32,000 nucleotides of DNA, taken from assembly GCF_000299365.1 (NCBI RefSeq), contig NC_018655.1:1050001-1082000 (forward strand). Reading direction: 5' to 3'. Source of the stretch: Candidatus Nitrosopumilus koreensis AR1 (GTDB lineage: Archaea > Thermoproteota > Nitrososphaeria > Nitrososphaerales > Nitrosopumilaceae). Under the pieces are notes generated by a model. That model was not told where the DNA came from. It did not search any database and was given only the letters and a program-made list of their open reading frames with translations. A program made the translations under genes and the position numbers. This document shows, piece after piece, positions 1-7,564 of the stretch (position 1 is the stretch's first letter; the number at the start of each line of letters is the position of its first letter).

Positions 1-998
1 GGAATTGCCTTTTGATATTCAGAAAATCTCTCAAAATCATCTTCCTGATATCGCTCATAGTGAGATTCCAAGCCTACTTTATGACCCATCATATCCTCTT
101 TATCCAAAAAATTTACCTTGGCACGTCTCATCATGGTGTTAAAATATTTTCGAAGACCATGTGCTAGCATAACCTTGTGGCGTTTCTTACCGGGTTCTAA
201 CGGAGGTCTCAATCCAGCCTTTTTAGCAAGTGTGTTCATTCTTGATTCCATACCTCTTTTGCCTATTCGTTTAGGATCATGAATCCTAACTGAAATAACA
301 AGAGGTTCAGAGTCTTTAGGATATCTCATGAATCTAGATTTCCAATATTCTTTGTACAGTTGCAGATACTTTCCAGCTTCTGGTGTAAAGTGAGTCCAGT
401 ACTCTTCATTATCACCATGATAAACTCTCAGAGCACCGCCTTTCAATGAATTATCATCATTGTAAAAGAACAAGACATCTTCCCACGTGAAATAGTCCCA
501 TGCCTCAATTCTAAATCCTGCTGAAGAAGAAAGCGTTATCATGATTTTATCAACAAGGTTTGTGGCATTTGCCATTAACATTTGAAGTTGTTCTCTAGAG
601 TATGCCATGTCTTTTGACTTGCCGGGTTTTGGAATGGATTTTCCTATCATCTTCCATGAAAAGTCAATATCGTTTGCAGCAAACAATGCCTTGATTGGTT
701 TGATTAAATTCAAAACTCTTGCAGGAGAAATCTCTTTAGAATCTACTTTCTTTTTTAATTCTCTAACATATGCATTGATAATTGATTTGCCTATCTTTAC
801 ATCGTCTCTAACAAGAGCAACAAAGGCTTCTGTTTTGTCAGTAGTGTCAATCTTTTTTTCTTCAAAAATCTTGTCTGGAATTAAATCAAGAAACTTTTGT
901 AGATCATTTGTGTATTTTTTGCGAGTTTTTTCATTTCTGATATAATCTAAAAAATTCTGAAAAGCAGACGATTTTACATCAGAAATATCTAATTTCAT
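1..998 (-). CDS. tyrosine recombinase / phage-integrase family protein (C-terminus truncated by window edge)
   Basis: Manual translation from ATG at 998 gives an open frame to the left edge: MKLDISDVKSSAFQNFLDYIRNEKTRKKYTNDLQKFLDL..., with box I SSAGFRIEAWDYFTWEDV (catalytic R), box II LAHGLRKYFNTMMRRA (HxLR) and MMGHKVGLESHYERY (GH...Y). Not in the ORF track because no stop lies in the window. Confidence 0.85.
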   Translation of the reverse strand, partial: MKLDISDVKSSAFQNFLDYIRNEKTRKKYTNDLQKFLDLIPDKIFEEKKIDTTDKTEAFVALVRDDVKIGKSIINAYVRELKKKVDSKEISPARVLNLIKPIKALFAANDIDFSWKMIGKSIPKPGKSKDMAYSREQLQMLMANATNLVDKIMITLSSSAGFRIEAWDYFTWEDVLFFYNDDNSLKGGALRVYHGDNEEYWTHFTPEAGKYLQLYKEYWKSRFMRYPKDSEPLVISVRIHDPKRIGKRGMESRMNTLAKKAGLRPPLEPGKKRHKVMLAHGLRKYFNTMMRRAKVNFLDKEDMMGHKVGLESHYERYQEDDFERFSEYQKAI

Positions 999-1010
999 AC
1001 ATTCTATAGA

Positions 1011-1084
1011 ACTTGGGGCTATTTTAGTAAGTAAAATACAGGAGAGCCGACTAGTCTCCCCCGCCCTCAGATCATAAGACCTGA
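1011..1084 (-). other. candidate structured RNA / leader element upstream of the recombinase, SRP-Alu-like three-way junction
   Basis: Minus-strand RNA: UCAGGUC-UUAU-GAUCUGA hairpin (1067-1084), then GGGC(1063-1066)-[GGGGAG..CUCUCC hairpin 1041-1061]-UGUA-[UAUUUUA CUUAC UAAAAUA hairpin 1020-1038]-GCCC(1016-1019). Folded by eye. Confidence 0.3.
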
Positions 1085-1108
1085 TGAACAACATACATTA
1101 CAAAATTT

Positions 1109-1117
1109 GTATAAAAA
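1109..1117 (-). promoter_or_regulatory. candidate archaeal TATA box (TTTTTATAC) for the structured element/recombinase transcript
   Basis: Minus-strand TTTTTATAC about 25 nt upstream of the start of the structured element. Confidence 0.35.
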
Positions 1118-1136
1118 CACAAAATAATTTTTGAGC

Positions 1137-1923
1137 CTAAAATCCCAACAAAACAGACTCACCGGTTAAAGAATCAAAGAATAGTTTTCCGGCTGCAATC
1201 AAAATAACCACAGATACTAGAATCTGCAGATATCTCTCCTTAACATCAATAGACAATCTTGCACCAACCAATCCTCCAATAAAAGAGCCAATTGCCAAAA
1301 ATCCTGCTTGAAGAAAATCAGGATGCCCCAAAAGACTGTGAACGATTACTCCAGATAATGAAGCAAACAACAAGATCATCTGCGAAGTTGGAGCAGCTTT
1401 CTTCATGGCCATTCCCATGCCGACAACCATCAATGGAACAAACACAATACCACCACCTATTCCAAAGAAAGAAGAGATTATTCCTGCAAAAAAGCTGGCA
1501 CCTATTGCAAAAACCATCATTTGTGCAGAGACTTTTTTTTCTTTTGTTTCAATTTTTTTTTCGCAAGAAGATGTATGCAGCTGATGCAATCAATACAAAA
1601 CCAAATAAAATTTTAAAAATGTCAGGAGCAACATCACTTGAAATAATTGCCCCAAGAACAGTTCCAGGAACTGACAACAGCCCAAGTTTTAACCCCAAGG
1701 AATATTCTATTCGTCTTTGCCTAGAATATGAAACAGTGGATGCAACAGCATTACTTAGAGCAGCAAAGAGACTATTGCTTGCAGCAGCAATTGGCGGAAA
1801 TCCTAAAAATGTTAAAACAGGAACTACAATTATTCCTCCACCCAATCCAATCATAGACCCCAACACTCCTGCTGCAAATCCCAAAAGAATTAGCCATAAT
1901 TGATCAATCATCGTATTTGCCAA
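1137..1923 (-). CDS. sulfite exporter TauE/SafE (DUF81)-like permease, interrupted by a frameshift at an A9 tract (two ORFs 1549..1923 and 1137..1589)
   Basis: N-half MIDQLWLILLGFAAGVLGSMIGLGGGIIVVPVLTFLG and C-half FAGIISSFFGIGGGIVFVPLM carry the two GxGGGxxxVP repeats of one TauE/SafE protein. Removing one base from the 9-T run (plus strand 1553-1561) fuses them. Confidence 0.75.
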
Positions 1924-1946
1924 TCAAAGAATTTTGTTGTATATAA

Positions 1947-2600
1947 TTAGACGTGTTTTAAAATTATTAATGTCTGTAACACAGAATTATCTTTTGATGT
2001 AATTTCTAAGAGGATTTCAGTATCTGCCAGGTTATCAATTTTTGATTTGATATTACGTTTATCAGAATCATAATAGAATGTGTGTACAGCATCCACCCAT
2101 TCAGGAATGGATTCAAAGCCAATAGCATCTTCTTCCTCCCAGCAGTCACAGACAAGTGTACGAATTACTGTTTCAAATATTACAAATGTTTTTTCTTTGT
2201 CCGATTCCAAAGTACCAGTTTCAAGGTTAGCTATTGCCAAAATAGGAGAGTCAGTACTTCCACCTATGTTGATGTTTCCAAGTGTATTTCCATCCGAATC
2301 TAAAACAGCAGTGGTTGTACAGTATTCTACATTTTTAGGCAGCCCATTTTCAAAGAATGTGCAATATTGACTAATTGTGTGATCAGTTACTGCAGTAGGA
2401 GACGAGACAAATATACCATTTTCTTTTAGAGACGTCTGAATTTTTTCAATATCATAATAAGTGAATCCAGAGTCATAGATGGGTGTTGTGAGAGGTTTAG
2501 GAGATTCGTCCATAGTCAGCACAGCATAAGAGATAACAACTGCAATTACAAGAACAATAGGAATCACAATGAGTTTATTCACAATCAACAACTCTGGCAT
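1947..2600 (-). CDS. hypothetical protein with N-terminal membrane anchor
   Basis: 217 aa ORF; hydrophobic N-terminus KLIVIPIVLVIAVVISYAVL; no family recognised. Confidence 0.6.
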   Translation of the reverse strand: MPELLIVNKLIVIPIVLVIAVVISYAVLTMDESPKPLTTPIYDSGFTYYDIEKIQTSLKENGIFVSSPTAVTDHTISQYCTFFENGLPKNVEYCTTTAVLDSDGNTLGNINIGGSTDSPILAIANLETGTLESDKEKTFVIFETVIRTLVCDCWEEEDAIGFESIPEWVDAVHTFYYDSDKRNIKSKIDNLADTEILLEITSKDNSVLQTLIILKHV

Positions 2601-2622
2601 TCAAAGATAAGGTTTTGCAATT

Positions 2623-3114
2623 CTAAATCGATATTATAGTCAAAGTGGAATCTTTTGTAATGTTGTTTTGTTCAACGAATCCAGCAGTTACTTCAAGGAC
2701 ATAAAGTGCATCGTGTTCGGGCACCACACTTTGGCACGTAGCAATTTCTAGTGCAGCTTTGCATGGAGGAATGTTTTGTTCGATATGAACAGCTTTACCA
2801 TTTACATCAAACCAGATCATGTCAAGTGGAAACTGCATGTTAAGCATCCACAGAGAATAAAGTCCAGGTTCATCAAAGACAAAAATCATTCCTTGATCAT
2901 AAGGTAATTGATCCTGGAACATCAGTCCGCGAACTCTTCGTGGTTCAGTATCTGCAATCTGTACCTCAAGTGGGATATCATCAACCATGATTGTTCCTCG
3001 AGGAAATTCAACTGATTCTAGCTTACTTTCGCTGGGAACAGACATCAGCCCTACAGCGCCAATGATAACTGCGGCAATTGAGATTGGAATAAGTGCCTGA
3101 GCCCTAGTAGCCAC
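2623..3114 (-). CDS. DUF192 family protein, membrane-anchored
   Basis: RGLMFQDQLPYDQGMIFVFDEPGLYSLWMLNMQFPLDMIWFD is characteristic of DUF192; N-terminal hydrophobic segment. Confidence 0.8.
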   Translation of the reverse strand: MATRAQALIPISIAAVIIGAVGLMSVPSESKLESVEFPRGTIMVDDIPLEVQIADTEPRRVRGLMFQDQLPYDQGMIFVFDEPGLYSLWMLNMQFPLDMIWFDVNGKAVHIEQNIPPCKAALEIATCQSVVPEHDALYVLEVTAGFVEQNNITKDSTLTIISI

Positions 3115-3199
3115 AGTATGATTTGCAGACTCCTTTTAAAATACGTTAATTATCTTTAGAATTTAGGACATTTATACAAACAAAAGCAAATGGTAGTGA

Positions 3200-3943
3200 T
3201 TGCCTGAAGATAAAATACTTCCAAAGGATATAGATTCAGATTACAGTCTACCCGGACGTTACGAAGAAAGTAATCCAACATATCAAGAACCAAACATTCC
3301 TCAAGAGATACCACCAAAACCAAGAAGCAAAAGTCTGGTTATAGGAATAATTGCTTTTGTCATTGTATCATCAGGATTCTTTTCATATTACTTTATCAAT
3401 CAAAGCGAGATAGACTCACAGATTGTTCAGAACACACTAAACATGAGTTCAGAGCAAGTATTGGCAGACCAATACAACATTGGAAAATATGGAAGTGATC
3501 ACACCCATGCTGCAATACTTGTTGTAGTAGATGAGGAGCAACTAAATTTTGGCTTGCCGCAGTTTCAGCTGTCAAGTAAGTACATACACTTTGAGGATCA
3601 TAATCCATATTTGATTCACAAACATGCAACTGGAGTACCATTAGAGATGCTCTTTGTATCGATAGGATTGAAAGTAACACAAGACTGTATTTTTGTAGAA
3701 TATGGTTTTTCTGAAAGTACTAGTGAATTTTGTGCAGAAGGAAAAAAGTCAGTTCAAGTTTATCTAAACGGAGATAGATTTCTATCAGACATATCCCAAT
3801 ATGAAATTCAACAGGGGGATAGAATACTAATCACATTGGATGAAAAATCAATTTCAAAACATTTGAAATATTTAGATTCATTTAGAATATTTGATGTTCC
3901 AGAAAAACCATCAATTAATTCAGGAAAGGATATTTTTATCTAA
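3200..3943 (+). CDS. hypothetical membrane-anchored protein with histidine cluster
   Basis: 247 aa ORF, TTG start at 3200; TATA-like tttata about 28 nt upstream; one TM segment (LVIGIIAFVIVSSGFFSYYF), then HTHA and HFEDHNPYLIHKHATG. Confidence 0.65.
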   Translation: MPEDKILPKDIDSDYSLPGRYEESNPTYQEPNIPQEIPPKPRSKSLVIGIIAFVIVSSGFFSYYFINQSEIDSQIVQNTLNMSSEQVLADQYNIGKYGSDHTHAAILVVVDEEQLNFGLPQFQLSSKYIHFEDHNPYLIHKHATGVPLEMLFVSIGLKVTQDCIFVEYGFSESTSEFCAEGKKSVQVYLNGDRFLSDISQYEIQQGDRILITLDEKSISKHLKYLDSFRIFDVPEKPSINSGKDIFI

Positions 3944-3951
3944 ATTATAAT

Positions 3952-4320
3952 CTAGTGATTCATCACAGATGTTTTAAAATCACTAATTGATGAAAACGTG
4001 TTTTTTGTTTGATGACCAATATCGTGAATTGTAGCACTGTTGTATTTCTTCTCAAGATACCTACCTGCAACTATCATAGGACCTCCAATAGCACAAGTAA
4101 CACCTGTTGGTTCAGGTACCCATAACATCAAAAACCCAATTTTTTGGAGTTTTTTTCCAGGGGCAGGAGCTTTTTGGAGAGCACCCAATGAACGTGCAGT
4201 ATGTTTATCATCTATTTTTGCAACATCAGAGTACAAACTTGCTCTTCGTTTTGCAGATTCAGATACTTTTCGGAGTTTATCTAGTCGTTCCTTTAGAGGG
4301 TCTACCATTCCGAAATACAA
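3952..4320 (-). CDS. hypothetical protein
   Basis: 122 aa ORF converging on the upstream gene; opposite-strand ORFs 4040..4339 and 4107..4424 judged antisense. Confidence 0.55.
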   Translation of the reverse strand: MYFGMVDPLKERLDKLRKVSESAKRRASLYSDVAKIDDKHTARSLGALQKAPAPGKKLQKIGFLMLWVPEPTGVTCAIGGPMIVAGRYLEKKYNSATIHDIGHQTKNTFSSISDFKTSVMNH

Positions 4321-4357
4321 TCAAGGAAAAAATAGTTAAGATTCAAAGATCAACAAC

Positions 4358-4386
4358 GGTTACTTCTGAGTCAACAAAGAGTAACC
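4358..4386. repeat. inverted repeat GGTTACT-N15-AGTAACC between divergent genes
   Basis: Perfect 7-bp arms at 4358-4364 and 4380-4386, in the intergenic region upstream of the DtxR-family gene. Confidence 0.4.
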
Positions 4387-4443
4387 AAAATTCTGCAAAA
4401 AGACACCCAATTATAGTAGATTAAATTTAGATCCAAAGAACAC

Positions 4444-4908
4444 ATGAAACCCAAAAACTCAAAGAGACTGGATTCCATTAAAGCTGCACACAAGTCAGAA
4501 AAAACTCGCTCCAGTACAAGGATGGAGGATTATTTGGAGATTATTTTAGAATTGGTGGAATTAAAGGGATATGCAACTACTTTAGATATTTCAAGATACA
4601 TGAATGTCAGTGCTCCAAGTGTAACCAAAATGCTGCAAAGACTGGATGAGGGCGGATATCTAGAATATGAAAAATATCATGGGATCAATCTTACAGATAA
4701 AGGAACACACATAGCTGAGGGAATTAAACAGAAACATGGGATATTGTTAGAGTTTTTTGAGATTTTAGGTATCGGGTATGATACTGCAAATCAAGACACA
4801 GAAGGTATAGAACATCATTTGAATCCAAAGACAATCAAACAGTTAAGAAAATTCATCACATTTCTAAAAGCAAATCCAAAAATTATTGAAAATTTTAAAA
4901 ATCTTTGA
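4444..4908 (+). CDS. DtxR/MntR family metal-dependent transcriptional regulator
   Basis: MEDYLEIILELVELKGYATTLDISRYMNVSAPSVTKMLQRLDEGGYLEYEKYHGINLTDKG is the DtxR-type winged helix; metal-binding region follows. Confidence 0.8.
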   Translation: MKPKNSKRLDSIKAAHKSEKTRSSTRMEDYLEIILELVELKGYATTLDISRYMNVSAPSVTKMLQRLDEGGYLEYEKYHGINLTDKGTHIAEGIKQKHGILLEFFEILGIGYDTANQDTEGIEHHLNPKTIKQLRKFITFLKANPKIIENFKNL

Positions 4909-6271
4909 GAAACAATTGAATGTCATTTTGTGATGATGCAAGTTTCATCAAGTTTCTTGCAACATCAGAGCGTTTTGGGATTTTGATTTGCCCTTTTTTA
5001 CCGATTCGAGTAGATGTAATATATTCATCACCAACGTAAATGTCTGCATGCATTGCAGTGTACTCTTTACTTACAGTTAGAATCAAAGAGGTTTTTGATT
5101 CGGAAAAAGTGAAGGGAAGATCACCAGAGTCTAAATTAAAATGCTCAGAGTTTTTTTTAACAACATCAATGTGAACTTGAAGGTATTTTTCAATTTCATT
5201 AATGTTGGAGCCACCTCTTCCAATAATGGATGGAATGTATTGTTCATCAACTAGCACCTTTACCTTGTTATCAGAAAGAATTTCAACTTGAGCATGAGGA
5301 TCATATTTTCTAAAGGTTTCACGGATTTTGTCCTCAGCTAGTTTTTCTATTCCAACTTTGGTCTTTTTCCCAACAGGTACGATCACATTTTCTTCTCCAA
5401 AGGTGTAGATTTCATGCTCTAGTGTATTATCATCAAAGTTTCTAATTTCAATTACAGGCCTAGCAAGGTCGGATTCAGTCATGCCGGAAGGAACCTTTAC
5501 CTTTAATTCCAAATCATAGACTTTTTCGATTTGCCCGTCTTTGACAAAGACTACAGTATCCAAAACATTTGGAATTATTCCAAGCTCGATTTTTCCAATG
5601 AATCTTTGAATTGCATCCAAAGGAGAGTTTGCATGAACGACACCCACCATCCCGACACCAGTCAATCTCAAATCGGCAAATGTTCTAAAGTCTTCACGTC
5701 TCCTTACCTCATCAAATACAGTATAATCAGGACGGACAAGAAGTAAAATATCTGCAGTATTATCAAAACTCCCATCAAGTTTGCTGTATTGGGTAATACC
5801 AGGTTCAACTTGCAAATCACGTGGAGACTCGAATGTTTTTACAATTTTTCCTTTGTTGTGATAAAAATTTGCAAGACCTGATGCCAAGGTACTTTTCCCA
5901 GAACCCGGAGCACCTGAAATTAAAATTCCCTCTGCTCTATCAGATAGGCGCTCCATCAGTTTTTCAGAAATTTTGTAATCTTCAAGAGACAGTTTGATTA
6001 TTGGGTGCACGATTGTTATTTCAAATGATTCAGAGAATGGAGAATGTGTAATTGCAATTCTATAATCATCATGTTGAACTACAGATGCACCAGTCTTAGA
6101 TATTTCAATAGTACTAGAATCAATGGCGTTTGCAACATCCAATATTTGCGAGGAGATCATCTCCAAATAGTCTCTTGAAAGAACATCATCACTGATTCTT
6201 GTAAGTAAAAAGGCACCAGGTTTTCCTTTTTTGGCAAGAGGGTATTGGTTTTCTTTGAGATGAACACTCAT
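4895..6271 (-). CDS. PilT/VirB11-type ATPase with KH domain (C-terminal part of the archaeal PIN-ATPase-KH family)
   Basis: Walker A GAPGSGKSTLA; DEVRRREDFRTFADLRLTGVGMVGVVHA; KH motif IPSIIGRGGSNINEIEKYLQVHIDV. Confidence 0.85.
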   Translation of the reverse strand: MSVHLKENQYPLAKKGKPGAFLLTRISDDVLSRDYLEMISSQILDVANAIDSSTIEISKTGASVVQHDDYRIAITHSPFSESFEITIVHPIIKLSLEDYKISEKLMERLSDRAEGILISGAPGSGKSTLASGLANFYHNKGKIVKTFESPRDLQVEPGITQYSKLDGSFDNTADILLLVRPDYTVFDEVRRREDFRTFADLRLTGVGMVGVVHANSPLDAIQRFIGKIELGIIPNVLDTVVFVKDGQIEKVYDLELKVKVPSGMTESDLARPVIEIRNFDDNTLEHEIYTFGEENVIVPVGKKTKVGIEKLAEDKIRETFRKYDPHAQVEILSDNKVKVLVDEQYIPSIIGRGGSNINEIEKYLQVHIDVVKKNSEHFNLDSGDLPFTFSESKTSLILTVSKEYTAMHADIYVGDEYITSTRIGKKGQIKIPKRSDVARNLMKLASSQNDIQLFLKDF

Positions 6272-6281
6272 CGTATCAGCA

Positions 6282-6713
6282 TCAAAAAAACTTCAAAAAT
6301 TCCAGAGTCTCTTTTTGGACTTCTGCCTTTAGAAATACAGTTTGAACACCTTCAGCTTGAGCGACCAGATGTTGTACATTATCAGAGGTGTAAAGAACAG
6401 CATCATTTTGCTTTGCCATATCAGTAATTATTGCATCAATTCTTCCACTTCCTGCAAGTTTAATTTCATCAGTAGAAAGGTGGGAGCCCTGCAAAATTAT
6501 TTCCAATCCATAACTACCAGACAATTCTTTTAGTTTACGGATTTTCTCCAATCCTACAAATCCCTGTTCTTTTTTATTTGATGCTTGAGATTGCAGTTCA
6601 TCTAAAACTGCCTGAGGAATTATAATTTGAGAATTTCTAACAGTTCCTTTTTCTATTTGAGACAGTAATTGGCCATTAATTACAACACTAGTATCAGCGA
6701 CAATTTTTGACAA
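6282..6713 (-). CDS. PIN domain protein (N-terminal part of the PIN-ATPase family, split from 4895..6271)
   Basis: IVADTSVVINGQLLSQIE ... SGRIDAIITDMAKQNDAVLYTSDNVQHLVAQAEGV has PIN-type acidic residues; reading frame ends at a T7-TGA site joining to the ATPase frame. Confidence 0.8.
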   Translation of the reverse strand: MSKIVADTSVVINGQLLSQIEKGTVRNSQIIIPQAVLDELQSQASNKKEQGFVGLEKIRKLKELSGSYGLEIILQGSHLSTDEIKLAGSGRIDAIITDMAKQNDAVLYTSDNVQHLVAQAEGVQTVFLKAEVQKETLEFLKFF

Positions 6714-6743
6714 AGTTTTTACAAATTATAAATGGAGTGTGCC

Positions 6744-7112
6744 CTAATTATCGTTTCCTGAAATATCACTAATTGATTTTAACACACTGGTAAAATCAAA
6801 AGGTTTTGAAATATACGAAGTTGCACCAGAGTTCAGACATTGAGCGATAATTTTTTGATCATCACTTGCAGTGATCAAGACAATTTTTGCATCAGGATCA
6901 TATGCAATAACATCTTTTACAACTCCCAAACCATCTTTTTTTGGCATTGCTAAATCAAGCAAAAGGATTTCAGGATTATGTTGTTTGTATAAAGAAACTG
7001 CTTCCTCACCATTAACTGCCTCAACAATTACTTCGTGATCACCAATCAACAAAATATCTTTTAAAACTAAACGGATTGCATCTGAATCATCGGCAATCAT
7101 AATTTTGGCCAT
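6744..7112 (-). CDS. CheY-like response regulator receiver protein
   Basis: KIMIADDSDAIRLVLKDIL ... ILLLDLAMPKKDGL ... VLITASDD ... SKPF. Track start is 7124; ATG at 7112 is preferred because TTTTATATC lies about 24 nt upstream. Confidence 0.85.
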   Translation of the reverse strand: MAKIMIADDSDAIRLVLKDILLIGDHEVIVEAVNGEEAVSLYKQHNPEILLLDLAMPKKDGLGVVKDVIAYDPDAKIVLITASDDQKIIAQCLNSGATSYISKPFDFTSVLKSISDISGNDN

Positions 7113-7149
7113 GATTAGCAACAAACTATCAGATATAAAAGATATTGAA

Positions 7150-7503
7150 TTAAAGATTATTTAGAAGATTTTTTGTTTTTTGTATGACAGAGTCTAAATC
7201 GGAATCGTTGTTCATATTTTGGGCCAAATCTTCAACTAAATTATTCATAACATCAAACATTCCAGAAGGGGTTTTTCCTGCCATAATTTGTTTTAAAATG
7301 TCATCAAGAACAGCAGCTAAATTTCCTAAAGCATTTTTTCCCATCATTGGGGCCAACCCCTTAATTTTGTGAGTGTGTTTTTGAAATTTATCAGAATTTT
7401 GAAAAACTTCAGCATCATCAGAACAAGAATTTAAAATATTTTTCATGCCCAAAATTTCTTCATTGATTTCTTTGGTTGCCAGTTGAACAAATTCATCAGA
7501 CAT
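7150..7503 (-). CDS. Hpt (histidine phosphotransfer) domain protein
   Basis: KFQKHTHKIKGLAPMMG resembles the Hpt/CheA P1 H-x-x-KG motif; 117 aa, predicted helical. Confidence 0.7.
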   Translation of the reverse strand: MSDEFVQLATKEINEEILGMKNILNSCSDDAEVFQNSDKFQKHTHKIKGLAPMMGKNALGNLAAVLDDILKQIMAGKTPSGMFDVMNNLVEDLAQNMNNDSDLDSVIQKTKNLLNNL

Positions 7504-7532
7504 TGTAATAGTGATAGGTAAAACCTGTCATT

Positions 7533-7544
7533 ACTTTTATACTC
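7533..7544. promoter_or_regulatory. shared near-symmetric TATA element for divergent Hpt and histidine kinase genes
   Basis: acttttatactc: TTTTATAC reads toward the ATG at 7565 (about 27 nt), and GTATAAAAG on the minus strand lies about 35 nt from the ATG at 7503. Confidence 0.45.
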
Positions 7545-7564
7545 TATGCCATAGGTTTTCTCAT

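Noticed and set aside
607-945. 112-aa plus-strand ORF
   Set aside because: Antisense to the tyrosine recombinase coding frame.
700-1084. Full-length SRP RNA on the minus strand
   Set aside because: Only the Alu-like junction is present; downstream sequence is AT-rich integrase coding sequence with no long GC-rich helix 5 or S-domain motifs.
998-1137. tRNA gene as integrase attachment site
   Set aside because: No T-loop GGTTCRAATCC, no cloverleaf or acceptor complement found on either strand.
1292-1903. 203-aa plus-strand ORF
   Set aside because: Antisense to the TauE/SafE permease; composition lacks a recognisable fold and the opposite strand carries conserved motifs on both halves.
4040-4424. 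Plus-strand ORFs 4040..4339 and 4107..4424
   Set aside because: Overlap the minus-strand 3952..4320 ORF and reach into the intergenic inverted repeat; no recognisable domains.
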